From: a virus
Virus record (IMG/VR): IMGVR_UViG_3300021961_000040
Span: 32,001 to 96,000 of that record
Length of the DNA: 64,000 nucleotides
Reading direction: 5' to 3' (one strand)
Positions 38,190 to 47,270 of the stretch are shown here, piece by piece. The first letter of the stretch is position 1. Each line of letters starts with the position of its first letter. The position numbers and the translations under genes were made by a program. The notes under the pieces are model-generated. The model ran no database searches. It had not been told where the DNA came from and saw only the letters and a list, made by a program, of their open reading frames with translations.

Positions 38190-40267
38190 ATGAAGTTTGA
38201 AAAAACTACTCATTGGCGCGCCGAGATTGAAAACTGGGTCGCTACGATTACAAAATACAGCGACGCTGATGATTATTTCTGGAAAATCCAAACCAGAACT
38301 TTAGATTTTGGATTTGGTGATAGCTGGGAATGGAAGATTCTTACTGAGGGAAAAGAAGAATCTCTTGTTAAGGCTAAAAGCGCCATTAAAGAATGGAGAT
38401 AAAAGTAAGAATGGAAAACCATTACGAAGTTTGTTCTTATTGTGAGGGCAACGGTTACGATGAAGAAAGTGAGTGTCCTAACTGCCTTTCTCGCTGTGTT
38501 GTTCCTACTCTTGAAGCCCTCGATCTGGTCGATAGTCTGAGAGCAGAAAACAAAAGACTAATCCTGCTGAGAGAAAAACTCCGTGCCGAGATTACTAAAC
38601 TTGAAATGGAAAGAACAGACGACGAACTACGCGAAATGCTAGATCTTGCAGCAAAGCATGAAAACGAAGCAACAGCAGAGAACGAGATTATGAGAGAAAG
38701 GCTAAAAAAGATCAATAACCTTTCTCGCTATGCCGCAGAACAAGTAGCAAGAAAGCCAAAAGAAGCACAACTAATTTTTGAAAAGATTTATGATCTTTCT
38801 GGAGGCATGTATGGGAAAATTTGCTAAATGGTATCTTTATTTTGCATCTTGCATAGAAGAAGGTCTTCACAGAAGCATCGAATATGATCCTATTGAATTT
38901 GGAAAATAAGTAATGTCTACTTGGAAATACGGTATGATTAAGGTCGCAGAAGATCACGGAGAAGATGTTTGTGAACTTGTGGAAGTTTATTCCCAGTCTG
39001 GGCTTATTAGTGGACCTTATACAAGTTTCTGTCGCCCTTTTTTAACTTCGCTTAAGTGTCTTCAAATGGCCCTCAAAGACGTTGAACAAGACGGAATCAA
39101 CACTTGGTTTTGGGAGAATGGAACTTTCTCTTGGAACCAGAATGAATACTTTTGGGATTGGAAGCCAAACAAAGAGGAGAACGAAGAATGATTTATCAGT
39201 TTTGCGAACCTCATCCTACTGGCGGCGACGCACTTATTGAGATTACAGAAGAACAGATCCGCGTTTGGATGAGAAAGGCTTATCCAAATGTAAAAGATGA
39301 AGATCAGATCGAAGAGTTTTGTACACTTCATTGGGCCTGGGCGAAGGAAAACGAAGAATGAATTTACCTAAGCATATCAACTTGGTCATTGAACATAACC
39401 CACACAAGGCAAGTTATATGACCGTTGAAGAATGGTGCAAGCATGTGGAGATCGAATGGATTTCGATGGAAGAAGAGTGGTTAGCAAAAAATAATAATGA
39501 AATGTGGACGATTATCTGGTACCCAGATAATCCTGTTGGTTCTTATTCTGAATCTGCTTTTGACTTACAAAACTTGCTAATCTATATTCAAAATCATTAT
39601 TAAGGAGAACGAAGAATGAGTTTACATGTCGGGGACAAAGTCCGTGTAAACAAAGATATTGCTCGTGTAGAGGGACCATACGCTCAAGCTGGAGAGCAAG
39701 GAACTATTATTGAGATCTTTCGTCCACAATCCACTGGGGCTTTTGAACAGAAGCCACCCTGTGCAAAAGTGAGAATCATTCGGGAATGGAGCATTCCTAT
39801 TCTGACGTTTCGACTTACGTCTCTTGAGAGAGTAGAATGAGCACCAAATCAACAATAAGCTATGATAAAGGTTATCATCTTTATGCTGAATGTTTTGATG
39901 AAAACTTAGTCTATCTAAGGCTCGATGACCCGATTATGTTGAAGGCAGATTTTTGGGAAGGATCGAAGTCTTCTGTCACTGTAGCACTCTCTAAAGAAGA
40001 TATGCTTCAGTTATGTAAGGAATTTGTAAACAAATATAACTATTATTCCGGTGAGGAAGAAGAATGAAAGTTAAATCTATCAAATCAATCTATCTTTCTG
40101 AAAAGGAACTAAAAGGCGCAATCTGTAATTGGCTTTATATTTATGGACGCCATGATTTAGCGACGCACTTGGAAGATAATTCGTGTGAGTTTGAATGGAC
40201 CCATCAAGATGATGGTGCCTATCTTGCTATCGATATGGATGGAACATTTAACGAGAGCGAAGAATGA
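38190..40267 (+). other. hypervariable array of short ORFs joined by GAAGAATGA junctions
   Basis: ORFs starting 38190, 38393, 38913, 39188, 39358, 39616, 39837, 40064. Confidence 0.65.
39033..39178 (+). repeat. 146 bp dispersed repeat (copy at 60360-60505)
   Basis: near-identical sequence encoding RPFLTSL.CLQMALKDVE.DGINTWFWENGTFSWNQNEYFWDWK. Confidence 0.9.
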
Positions 40268-40273
40268 GTTATT
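40219..40273 (+). repeat. 55 bp imperfect direct repeat (copy at 41511-41565)
   Basis: CTATCTTGCTATCGATAT...GAAGAATGAGTTATT, 6 mismatches by eye. Confidence 0.85.
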
Positions 40274-40350
40274 GTTGAAATCAAACTAACAGAAATTAAG
40301 TATGTTGAAGAGCCAAATCTATTTGGACAGCTTCGAGGAGGAGAACCAAA

Positions 40351-41064
40351 ATGAAAGGACTTGTTTTATTCTTGATGTTTGCCGCCTCCGCTAATGCTTT
40401 TTCATTTAAAACCACAGAAGAAGGCGAGCAGATTAAATGGCAACAACCTATTGTTGATTACTACATCAATATTGAACCAGACAGCAATTTAAACGAGGAT
40501 GATTATATTGAAGCCGTTCAAGGGTCTTTTGAGGAATGGAATAGCGTTCCTGATAATCCACTTTACTTAAATTATAGTGGCTTGACTAGAGACCATGGAA
40601 CAGATTATACAGATAAAAACATTATTTTTTTTAATAGGGACGAATGGCCAGAGAATTTAGAACCTAATTTCATGGCTTCTACTTTTGTCTGGAATAACGA
40701 TGAAGGTGAGATTCTTGCGTTTGATATTATAATCAATAATAGTTTTAAGTGGGGAACCAATGGAGAACCATACACGCAGGATCTACAAAATGCTCTAACT
40801 CATGAAATAGGACATGTCCTCGGACTGGGACACTCAGAAGAGGACACTGCTACGATGTTCGGAACCAGTTATACTGGTGAAAAAAGCAAAAGGACACTAG
40901 ATGAAGATGATATCCAAGGGATCTCCTATCTTTACTCTGGTTTGACACCCGGCTATTATCAAGGCGGATCTTGTTCTATCCTAAACGGGACTAAATCATA
41001 TAATTTTGCTATTTTGAGTTTAATGATAATTATAACTTTAACAAGGAGAAAGAGAAATGACTGA
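40351..41064 (+). CDS. secreted matrixin-family metalloprotease with C-terminal sorting-like anchor
   Basis: signal peptide ..ASANA; HEIGHVLGLGH, ATMF; GGSCS-hydrophobic-RRKR tail. Confidence 0.82.
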   Translation: MKGLVLFLMFAASANAFSFKTTEEGEQIKWQQPIVDYYINIEPDSNLNEDDYIEAVQGSFEEWNSVPDNPLYLNYSGLTRDHGTDYTDKNIIFFNRDEWPENLEPNFMASTFVWNNDEGEILAFDIIINNSFKWGTNGEPYTQDLQNALTHEIGHVLGLGHSEEDTATMFGTSYTGEKSKRTLDEDDIQGISYLYSGLTPGYYQGGSCSILNGTKSYNFAILSLMIIITLTRRKRND

Positions 41065-41401
41065 GAAAAGAAGTGAAATGAGGTTTTCAGTAAGTGTCCC
41101 CATTAGGTGGACAAATGCAAATCGGATCATTGAGTCTAGTACGAGAGATATTTCATATTCAGGAGTATTTATCCAGACTCTTGCTCCTTGTTCAATAGGA
41201 GACAAGATAAACGCCACAATTCCAGTCGAAAATGGAGATACTAAAATTCAAATAGAAGGAGAAGTTCGCTGGATCCGTGTGGACGAAAATGGAAATCCAG
41301 AAGGTATGGGCGTCTTCTTTCTAAGAGATTTAACGCCGACTGAGAGAGTCGCAATGGAGGCTATGCTTATTGACAGCAATACTGAGACTTTAATTGCATA
41401 A
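41057..41401 (+). CDS. PilZ-domain protein (paralog of 33836)
   Basis: KRSEMRF, DISYSG; highly similar to 33836..34174. Confidence 0.85.
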   Translation: MTEKRSEMRFSVSVPIRWTNANRIIESSTRDISYSGVFIQTLAPCSIGDKINATIPVENGDTKIQIEGEVRWIRVDENGNPEGMGVFFLRDLTPTERVAMEAMLIDSNTETLIA

Positions 41402-41559
41402 TGTTGAGTCGCTTTGCCGCAGACTTGGCTATCCTATTAGGACAACAAGTCTTATGGTCTATTAAAATTCCTTGGTACTTCCACAGGTCTGGTCAACAGA
41501 AATGTTACAACTATCTTGCTATCGATATAGATGGCACATTTGATGAGAATGAAGAATGA
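41401..41559 (+). CDS. 52 aa chimeric ORF (N-term like 34174, C-term like 40064)
   Basis: MLSRFAADLAILLGQQVLWSIKIPWYFH...YLAIDIDGTFDENEE. Confidence 0.55.
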   Translation: MLSRFAADLAILLGQQVLWSIKIPWYFHRSGQQKCYNYLAIDIDGTFDENEE

Positions 41560-42092
41560 GTTATTTTTTTATTGATGTAGAAGCAGACGGCCCTTGTCCA
41601 GGACTCTATTCAATGGTGAGTTTTGGAGCCGTTAAGTTTGATGATGATCTTAAGACCACGTTTTACGGAAGAACACGGCCAATTACAAATAATTACAAGC
41701 TAGAAGCTCTTCAAATCTCTTGCCCGGATCGAGAAACACATCTTAGTTATGATAATCCAGTCGAAGTAATGAAAGAGTTTAACCAATGGGTACTTGACAA
41801 CAATACGGGCTCTCGTCCTATTTTTATGTCTGATAATCCTGCTTTTGACTGGCAGTGGATCAACTATTATTTTCATCTAGCAGTGGGTAGTAATCCTTTT
41901 GGATACTCAGCACGACGCATCGGTGATGTTTATTGCGGAGCAATGGGAAATATGAGAGCAAAGTGGAAGCACCTTCGAAAGACTCCACATGATCATAATC
42001 CGGTCAATGACGCAAAAGGAAATGCTGAGGCGTTTCGCGTGATGCAAGAGTTGATGCGCGAAGTGAAGCAACTTCGAAAAAACAACATGTAA
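41556..42092 (+). CDS. DEDDh 3'-5' exo(ribo)nuclease
   Basis: FIDVEADGP, NPAFDW, HDHNPVNDAKGNA. Confidence 0.82.
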   Translation: MSYFFIDVEADGPCPGLYSMVSFGAVKFDDDLKTTFYGRTRPITNNYKLEALQISCPDRETHLSYDNPVEVMKEFNQWVLDNNTGSRPIFMSDNPAFDWQWINYYFHLAVGSNPFGYSARRIGDVYCGAMGNMRAKWKHLRKTPHDHNPVNDAKGNAEAFRVMQELMREVKQLRKNNM

Positions 42093-42158
42093 ATATTTGT
42101 GTGTAAATTTTACATCAATAAAGTAAAATATAATTGTACTTTCACACACTAAGGAATT

Positions 42159-43916
42159 ATGTCTGATTTACTCAAATACAAAAAGCTGACTGACATTGAG
42201 CATGTCTTACTTCGGCCAGGAATGTACGTGGGTTCTATCAAGCATAGGACTGACGATATTTCTATTTACAATGAAGGCCGATTTAAAACTGAAAGTGTCA
42301 CTTATAACCCGGCATTTTTAAAGATTTTTGATGAGATTGTATCTAACTCTGTTGATGAACACAGGAGAAATCCACACAAGCTAAACCAACTTAATGTACT
42401 TGTCAATCCTGAAAAAGGTGCAATCCTAGTTAAAGATAACGGTGGTATTATCGTTGATAAGCATCCTGAGCATAACGAGTGGATTCCAGAGCTTATTTTT
42501 AGCAATCTCAAAGCAGGATCAAACTTTGATGACACTGAAGAGCGTCTTGTTGCTGGAACAAATGGCGTAGGCTCGACGCTTACTAATATTTTCTCAAGAG
42601 TCTTTCGCGTAAAGACATGTGACGGCAAGAAGCAGTTTTCGCAAAAGTTTGTCGATAATATGACAGACCGCGAAGAACCAGAAGTTGTGAAGGCAACGTC
42701 TCCTAAAGGTTTTACAGAAATTGCTTTTATGCCTGATTTTGAACGCTTTGAGATGGAGACAATTGACGAAGATCATATGATGATGCTCCAGAAGCGTGTC
42801 ATTGATCTAGCAGCTTGCAATCCTAAATTAAAAGTTTCATTTAATAACGAAGATCACACTTTCAAATCTTTTGAAGAATACTGCAAGCTCTATGTAGAAG
42901 ATGTAATCTATGTTGAAGGCAGTCGATGGAAAATTGGTATGGCACCTTCTAACGGTTCAATGCAACAAGTAAGCTTTGTTAATTCTGTTGAAACCTCAGA
43001 TGGAGGCACACATGTTGATTATATTGCAAATCAGATTGTAACACATCTTCGTGCACTAATTAAAAAGAAGCACAAGATTGATGTCCGCCCTCAGGAAATC
43101 AAGAATCACTTGTTTTTGTTTGTGCAGGCTGATATTGTCAATCCTATCTTTTCTTCACAGACTAAAGAAAAACTTATTACTGAGCCTAAGCAATTCGGAT
43201 CGTCTTTTGAGTTTTCACCGGCTACGATTAAGAAGATTGCTTCTTCTGAAGTAGTTGAAAGAATCCTAGACTGGGCACAGCAAAAAGCAATTGCTGAAGA
43301 GAAGAAAGAGCTTAGAAATCTTAATAAAAACTTAAGCAAATCAAAGATTCTTAAGTTAATTGATGCAAAAGCAAGAACCCAGCGTCAAGACTGTTCACTT
43401 GCCATCTTTGAGGGAGATTGCTTAGAAGAAAATACTTCTATTTTTGCACTTAGAGAAACAGATGAAGAAATGTTTCGATCAATTAAAGATGTTGAAGTTG
43501 ACGATTATGTTTTGACTCATAAAAATCGATTCAAGAGAGTTGTTGCCAAGACTTCAAAAATTGCAAAGTCGATAACTATCAAGACAAAAAAAGGCAATGT
43601 AGAATCATCAGAAAATCACAGATTGTGGGTTTACGATACAGAGCTTAAAGAATTCTGTTTTGTAAAGTCTTCTAGCTTGATTCCAGGAAAGCACAAGCTT
43701 GTCAAGTCGAAACTAGCAAACAGCCCTGTGTTTTTAAAAATTTCTGAAGTTAGAAAATGCAAAGATTGTATTGTGATCAAAACAGAAGACGGAATTGTTA
43801 CTTCTTCTTATGCACATAAATTTCTTGTTTTTTCAATAGAAGATCAAAACTTCATTCTTAAGCTTGCTGAGGAGATAAATGGAGAAATTCATCTCTTAGT
43901 CTTGAATTCTAATTAG
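42159..43916 (+). CDS. type IIA topoisomerase large subunit N-terminal part (GHKL ATPase) fused to split N-intein
   Basis: EHVLLRPGMYVGS, EIVSNSVDE, DNGG, GTNGVGS, FSSQTKEKL, IFEGD | CLEENT (intein from residue 421, nt 43419). Confidence 0.93.
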   Translation: MSDLLKYKKLTDIEHVLLRPGMYVGSIKHRTDDISIYNEGRFKTESVTYNPAFLKIFDEIVSNSVDEHRRNPHKLNQLNVLVNPEKGAILVKDNGGIIVDKHPEHNEWIPELIFSNLKAGSNFDDTEERLVAGTNGVGSTLTNIFSRVFRVKTCDGKKQFSQKFVDNMTDREEPEVVKATSPKGFTEIAFMPDFERFEMETIDEDHMMMLQKRVIDLAACNPKLKVSFNNEDHTFKSFEEYCKLYVEDVIYVEGSRWKIGMAPSNGSMQQVSFVNSVETSDGGTHVDYIANQIVTHLRALIKKKHKIDVRPQEIKNHLFLFVQADIVNPIFSSQTKEKLITEPKQFGSSFEFSPATIKKIASSEVVERILDWAQQKAIAEEKKELRNLNKNLSKSKILKLIDAKARTQRQDCSLAIFEGDCLEENTSIFALRETDEEMFRSIKDVEVDDYVLTHKNRFKRVVAKTSKIAKSITIKTKKGNVESSENHRLWVYDTELKEFCFVKSSSLIPGKHKLVKSKLANSPVFLKISEVRKCKDCIVIKTEDGIVTSSYAHKFLVFSIEDQNFILKLAEEINGEIHLLVLNSN

Positions 43917-45155
43917 CACCTCCCACAAAAGTAGAGAAGTCTCCCTCCAAGATAGATAATTATCTAAAAGGAGGCAGTATGTTTATCAGCGTATTTGAAG
44001 ATTTTAAAAGCTTGGGCAAAATTGAAGTCAAAACAAAAAAACTTGATAAGAAAATTATCGAGATATCAATGAGAAAAAAATTAAACAAACATTATGACTT
44101 TCAACTATTTGAAGATTTTTTTCAAAAAAATAATTTGAAAGTTCCAATATGCAATATTTGTAAATCTCATCACGTTCCCTATAGTTTTAAAATAACGATT
44201 GAATCTGGATTGATTAAAATTCTAGGCGTCAATCTACTTAAGAAATATCAATATTGTTACGCAAAAAGTGATCACTGTGCAAAACTAAGTGCAGGAAGAA
44301 AAATGAATCCAAATTCAGCCAAGTTTATTTCACTTGTAACGGGAGTAAGCGAGACAGAAGCGAAGCAATATATTAGAAACAACAATAAAAGTACTTTTTA
44401 CAGAGAGAATTTTAACTCATACGAAGAGTATAAAAACGCTCAGAAGCGTGATTTGAAATACTTTGTTTCTAAGTACGGAGACAAAGAAGGGCAAGAAAAG
44501 TATAAAAGTGCAATCAGGAAACAAAATTATAAAAGATCAAAAGAATTTTATATAAAAAAATTTGGCCCTTTGAAGGGTATTGAAAAATTTCTTAAGTACA
44601 ATAGGGCGAGAACGAACAAATTTAGAGGTACGTCAAAGTGGTCACTTAAACTTATCAATCGTGTTTTGGCAAATGTTGACAAAGAATCATTTGACAAGAT
44701 TATGTTTGGTAATAAGGAATATTCTTATACAGATGTCTCATGTAAAAAAACATATTTTTGTGACTTCTACATAGAAAAAGATGGCAAAACAAAAGTAGTA
44801 GAATTTAATGGTCATGCTTGGCATGCTCCGCCTAATTTGTCTGAATCTGAGAAACTTCAATGGAAGCCTGCAAGAGGAAATAGATCGTGGGCAGATGTGC
44901 ATAAAGGTGATATAAGAAAGTATAATACTTTAAGATGCGCTGACTTTGAAGTCCTGGTCGTTTGGGACTTCGAAGATGAAGAACAAATAGTAGAAAAAAT
45001 TTTGGATTTTTTGAATGATTGACATTGTTGAAAACTTTTTAGAGTTAGTTGAGATTGATGATCTTATTAAGACTGACGAATACAAAAACATGATTGACAT
45101 TACTGTGGAAGATGATGAGACCTTTGTTTTAGAAAACGGAATTGTATCTCACAAT
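43419..45155 (+). mobile_element. split intein plus free-standing endonuclease (fractured-gene element)
   Basis: N-intein CLEENT...SSENHRL; C-intein DITVEDDETFVLENGIVSHN; inserted in TOPRIM EGD/SA. Confidence 0.88.
43979..45022 (+). CDS. putative homing endonuclease, Vsr-like/PD-(D/E)XK C-terminal domain
   Basis: KYG..EG repeats; FCDFYI..VVEFNGHAWH...FEVLVVWD. Confidence 0.72.
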   Translation: MFISVFEDFKSLGKIEVKTKKLDKKIIEISMRKKLNKHYDFQLFEDFFQKNNLKVPICNICKSHHVPYSFKITIESGLIKILGVNLLKKYQYCYAKSDHCAKLSAGRKMNPNSAKFISLVTGVSETEAKQYIRNNNKSTFYRENFNSYEEYKNAQKRDLKYFVSKYGDKEGQEKYKSAIRKQNYKRSKEFYIKKFGPLKGIEKFLKYNRARTNKFRGTSKWSLKLINRVLANVDKESFDKIMFGNKEYSYTDVSCKKTYFCDFYIEKDGKTKVVEFNGHAWHAPPNLSESEKLQWKPARGNRSWADVHKGDIRKYNTLRCADFEVLVVWDFEDEEQIVEKILDFLND

Positions 45156-45782
45156 TCAGCATCTTCTGCATTCCGAAAATATCGCAATCCTAACCTCCAA
45201 GGTGCATTTCCACTCCGAGGAAAATTTATCAACGTGTCAGGATTGAGCCCACTTAAAGTAGTTAAAAACAAAGAGGTGACTTCTCTTCTTGGCGCAATCG
45301 GATTAAAACTGGGTGAAGAAGCAAAAAATCTACAGTATGGAAAAATTCTAATCTATTCAGACGCAGATCCTGATGGTGACTCTATTGCAGGTTTGCTCAT
45401 TAACTTTTTTGGTCGCTATTGGCCTGAAATGTTTGAGCAAGGGATAATTTGTCGTGTAATCACGCCAATTGTTGTTGCAAAGAAAGGCAAGCAGAAGAAA
45501 TCTTTCTATACAAACGAAGAGTTTGATGAATGGGTGTCTGATCGTAGTAAAATTAAAGGCTGGGAAATTGAATACAAGAAGGGTCTTGCCGCGCTTGAAG
45601 ATGAAGAATACAAAGAAATCATTCAAGATCCTAAAATGTTTGTGATCGAGAAAGGCGATAACTTTCATGCCACTCTAAATCACTGGTTCTCAAAGAACCC
45701 TATACACAGAAAAATGAAGATTCTTGGTCGAGACTTAAGTGATCAAGAAGTAGATGAAACTAACGACGAAGAGGATGAATAA
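45015..45782 (+). CDS. split C-intein (47 aa) fused to topoisomerase TOPRIM domain
   Basis: SHN | SA, FPLRGKFINV, YGKILIYSDADPDGDSIAGLL, YKKGLA. Confidence 0.92.
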   Translation: MIDIVENFLELVEIDDLIKTDEYKNMIDITVEDDETFVLENGIVSHNSASSAFRKYRNPNLQGAFPLRGKFINVSGLSPLKVVKNKEVTSLLGAIGLKLGEEAKNLQYGKILIYSDADPDGDSIAGLLINFFGRYWPEMFEQGIICRVITPIVVAKKGKQKKSFYTNEEFDEWVSDRSKIKGWEIEYKKGLAALEDEEYKEIIQDPKMFVIEKGDNFHATLNHWFSKNPIHRKMKILGRDLSDQEVDETNDEEDE

Positions 45783-46509
45783 TGGGAAGTAGCGTCCCTG
45801 CAAAAGGACAAGTAAAGTTTGATGAAGTTGTAGTAACTTTTAAAAGAGAACATGACGGATCTTACACGAAACAAACAAAACGTCTCACACGAGATCGACA
45901 GACTAGCGCTGTAAATTATTACAAAAAGAACAATCCGATAATTGAAGAAGGTCCTTATGTAGCTGTCATATCAGGTGAAGACTACGACGAAATAATGTCT
46001 TTTGAAGGTATAAATGGCGAAACAGTCAACATGTACTTTAAAAAGATTGAAGTAGAAGGGATCGAAGAATGAAGATTCTCATTGAGGTAGAAATCAACAT
46101 TAATCTTGAAACAAGCGAATGGACAGAAGAAAGTCTTTTTGAAGTTTTGAATGACCAGCTTCTTAATATCGATTTGCTCGAAGAAGATGAGTACGTTAGT
46201 AATGTTACTCTACTGAAGAACGAAGAATGAACAATCAAAAGTTTTTGTTCAATACTGTCATTGTGGCAATAACTGATTTTTCTGTAGGTTACGTTTTTGG
46301 ACGCTGGATTATACATTCTTTACCTGCATTTTAGGAGAAGAAAAAATGAAATGGGAAGTTAGACCTCTCGAAGACGGTAGCTGGGGAGTTTTTTTAATGC
46401 AAAAGTTTTGCAAAACAAAAGAACCGGTTTGTTACGGAAGAGCAACTTTAAAATCAACTGCCGAAAGTGTAGTCGAAAGAATGAACAATTGGCAGCAGGA
46501 ATTAGAATA

Positions 46510-47067
46510 ATGAAACCTGAGCTTGATAAGATTCTTGCAACATCGTATCCGCTTCTTTACGCTGACAGACATGAAAATAAAAAAAATACATTTATGTGCT
46601 GGGGCTTTTCTTGTGGTGATGGATGGTTTGATCTAATTTCAGAACTTAGTCAAAAGATTGAGTCTGAAATTAGTGATATGTTAAAAGAATATTCTGACTT
46701 CTCATGCGTGACGTGTGGTTGTGAAAAACGTAAACATTACGGTTGCGCAACTTCTCAAGTCGGAAAGTGTCTTGCAATTTACAAAGACCCGACATCAAAA
46801 GAAGAACCTCCTGGTAATTATCGTGCTTGTTTTTGTGAAAAATATAAAAGCTCACATCCGAGAGCAGCGCAAGTGAAAGAAAAATATGGAGGTCTTAGAT
46901 TCTATATGACTTTGACTAATGACAAAATTAGTGCACTAATTTCTGAAGCTGAGGCTCTTTCTTTGAAGACGTGTGAACTGTGTGGGAGTGAAGGCAAACT
47001 TAGAAAAGATGGCTGGTATTCTACAAGATGTGATGAATGTTACAAAAATAAGAAAGTAAAATATTAG
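46510..47067 (+). CDS. conserved phage protein with Cys-rich insert
   Basis: CGDGWFDLI, QVKEKYGGLRFY, CELCG. Confidence 0.6.
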   Translation: MKPELDKILATSYPLLYADRHENKKNTFMCWGFSCGDGWFDLISELSQKIESEISDMLKEYSDFSCVTCGCEKRKHYGCATSQVGKCLAIYKDPTSKEEPPGNYRACFCEKYKSSHPRAAQVKEKYGGLRFYMTLTNDKISALISEAEALSLKTCELCGSEGKLRKDGWYSTRCDECYKNKKVKY

Positions 47068-47270
47068 CTAAGGAATCATGATAGACATGTTCGATATCAA
47101 AGAAGGTGAGCTTATACAAGTTTTAGATAGTAACGGAAGTATTATAGATACAGGAATGTACATTGGTAAAAAGCGTATTAACAATATACATCACTGGTTA
47201 ATTTTAAGTGGAAAAGGATATCGAAAACTAGATACATCTTTTCACACTCTTTTAAAACTGGAAGAAACAA

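Noticed and set aside
38179-41559. CRISPR array or integron attC sites
   Set aside because: Repeats are short, non-palindromic and separated by whole ORFs of variable length; no cas or integrase in the window
43917-45014. Group I intron in the topoisomerase gene
   Set aside because: The non-coding gap is only about 60 nt; intein termini explain the split
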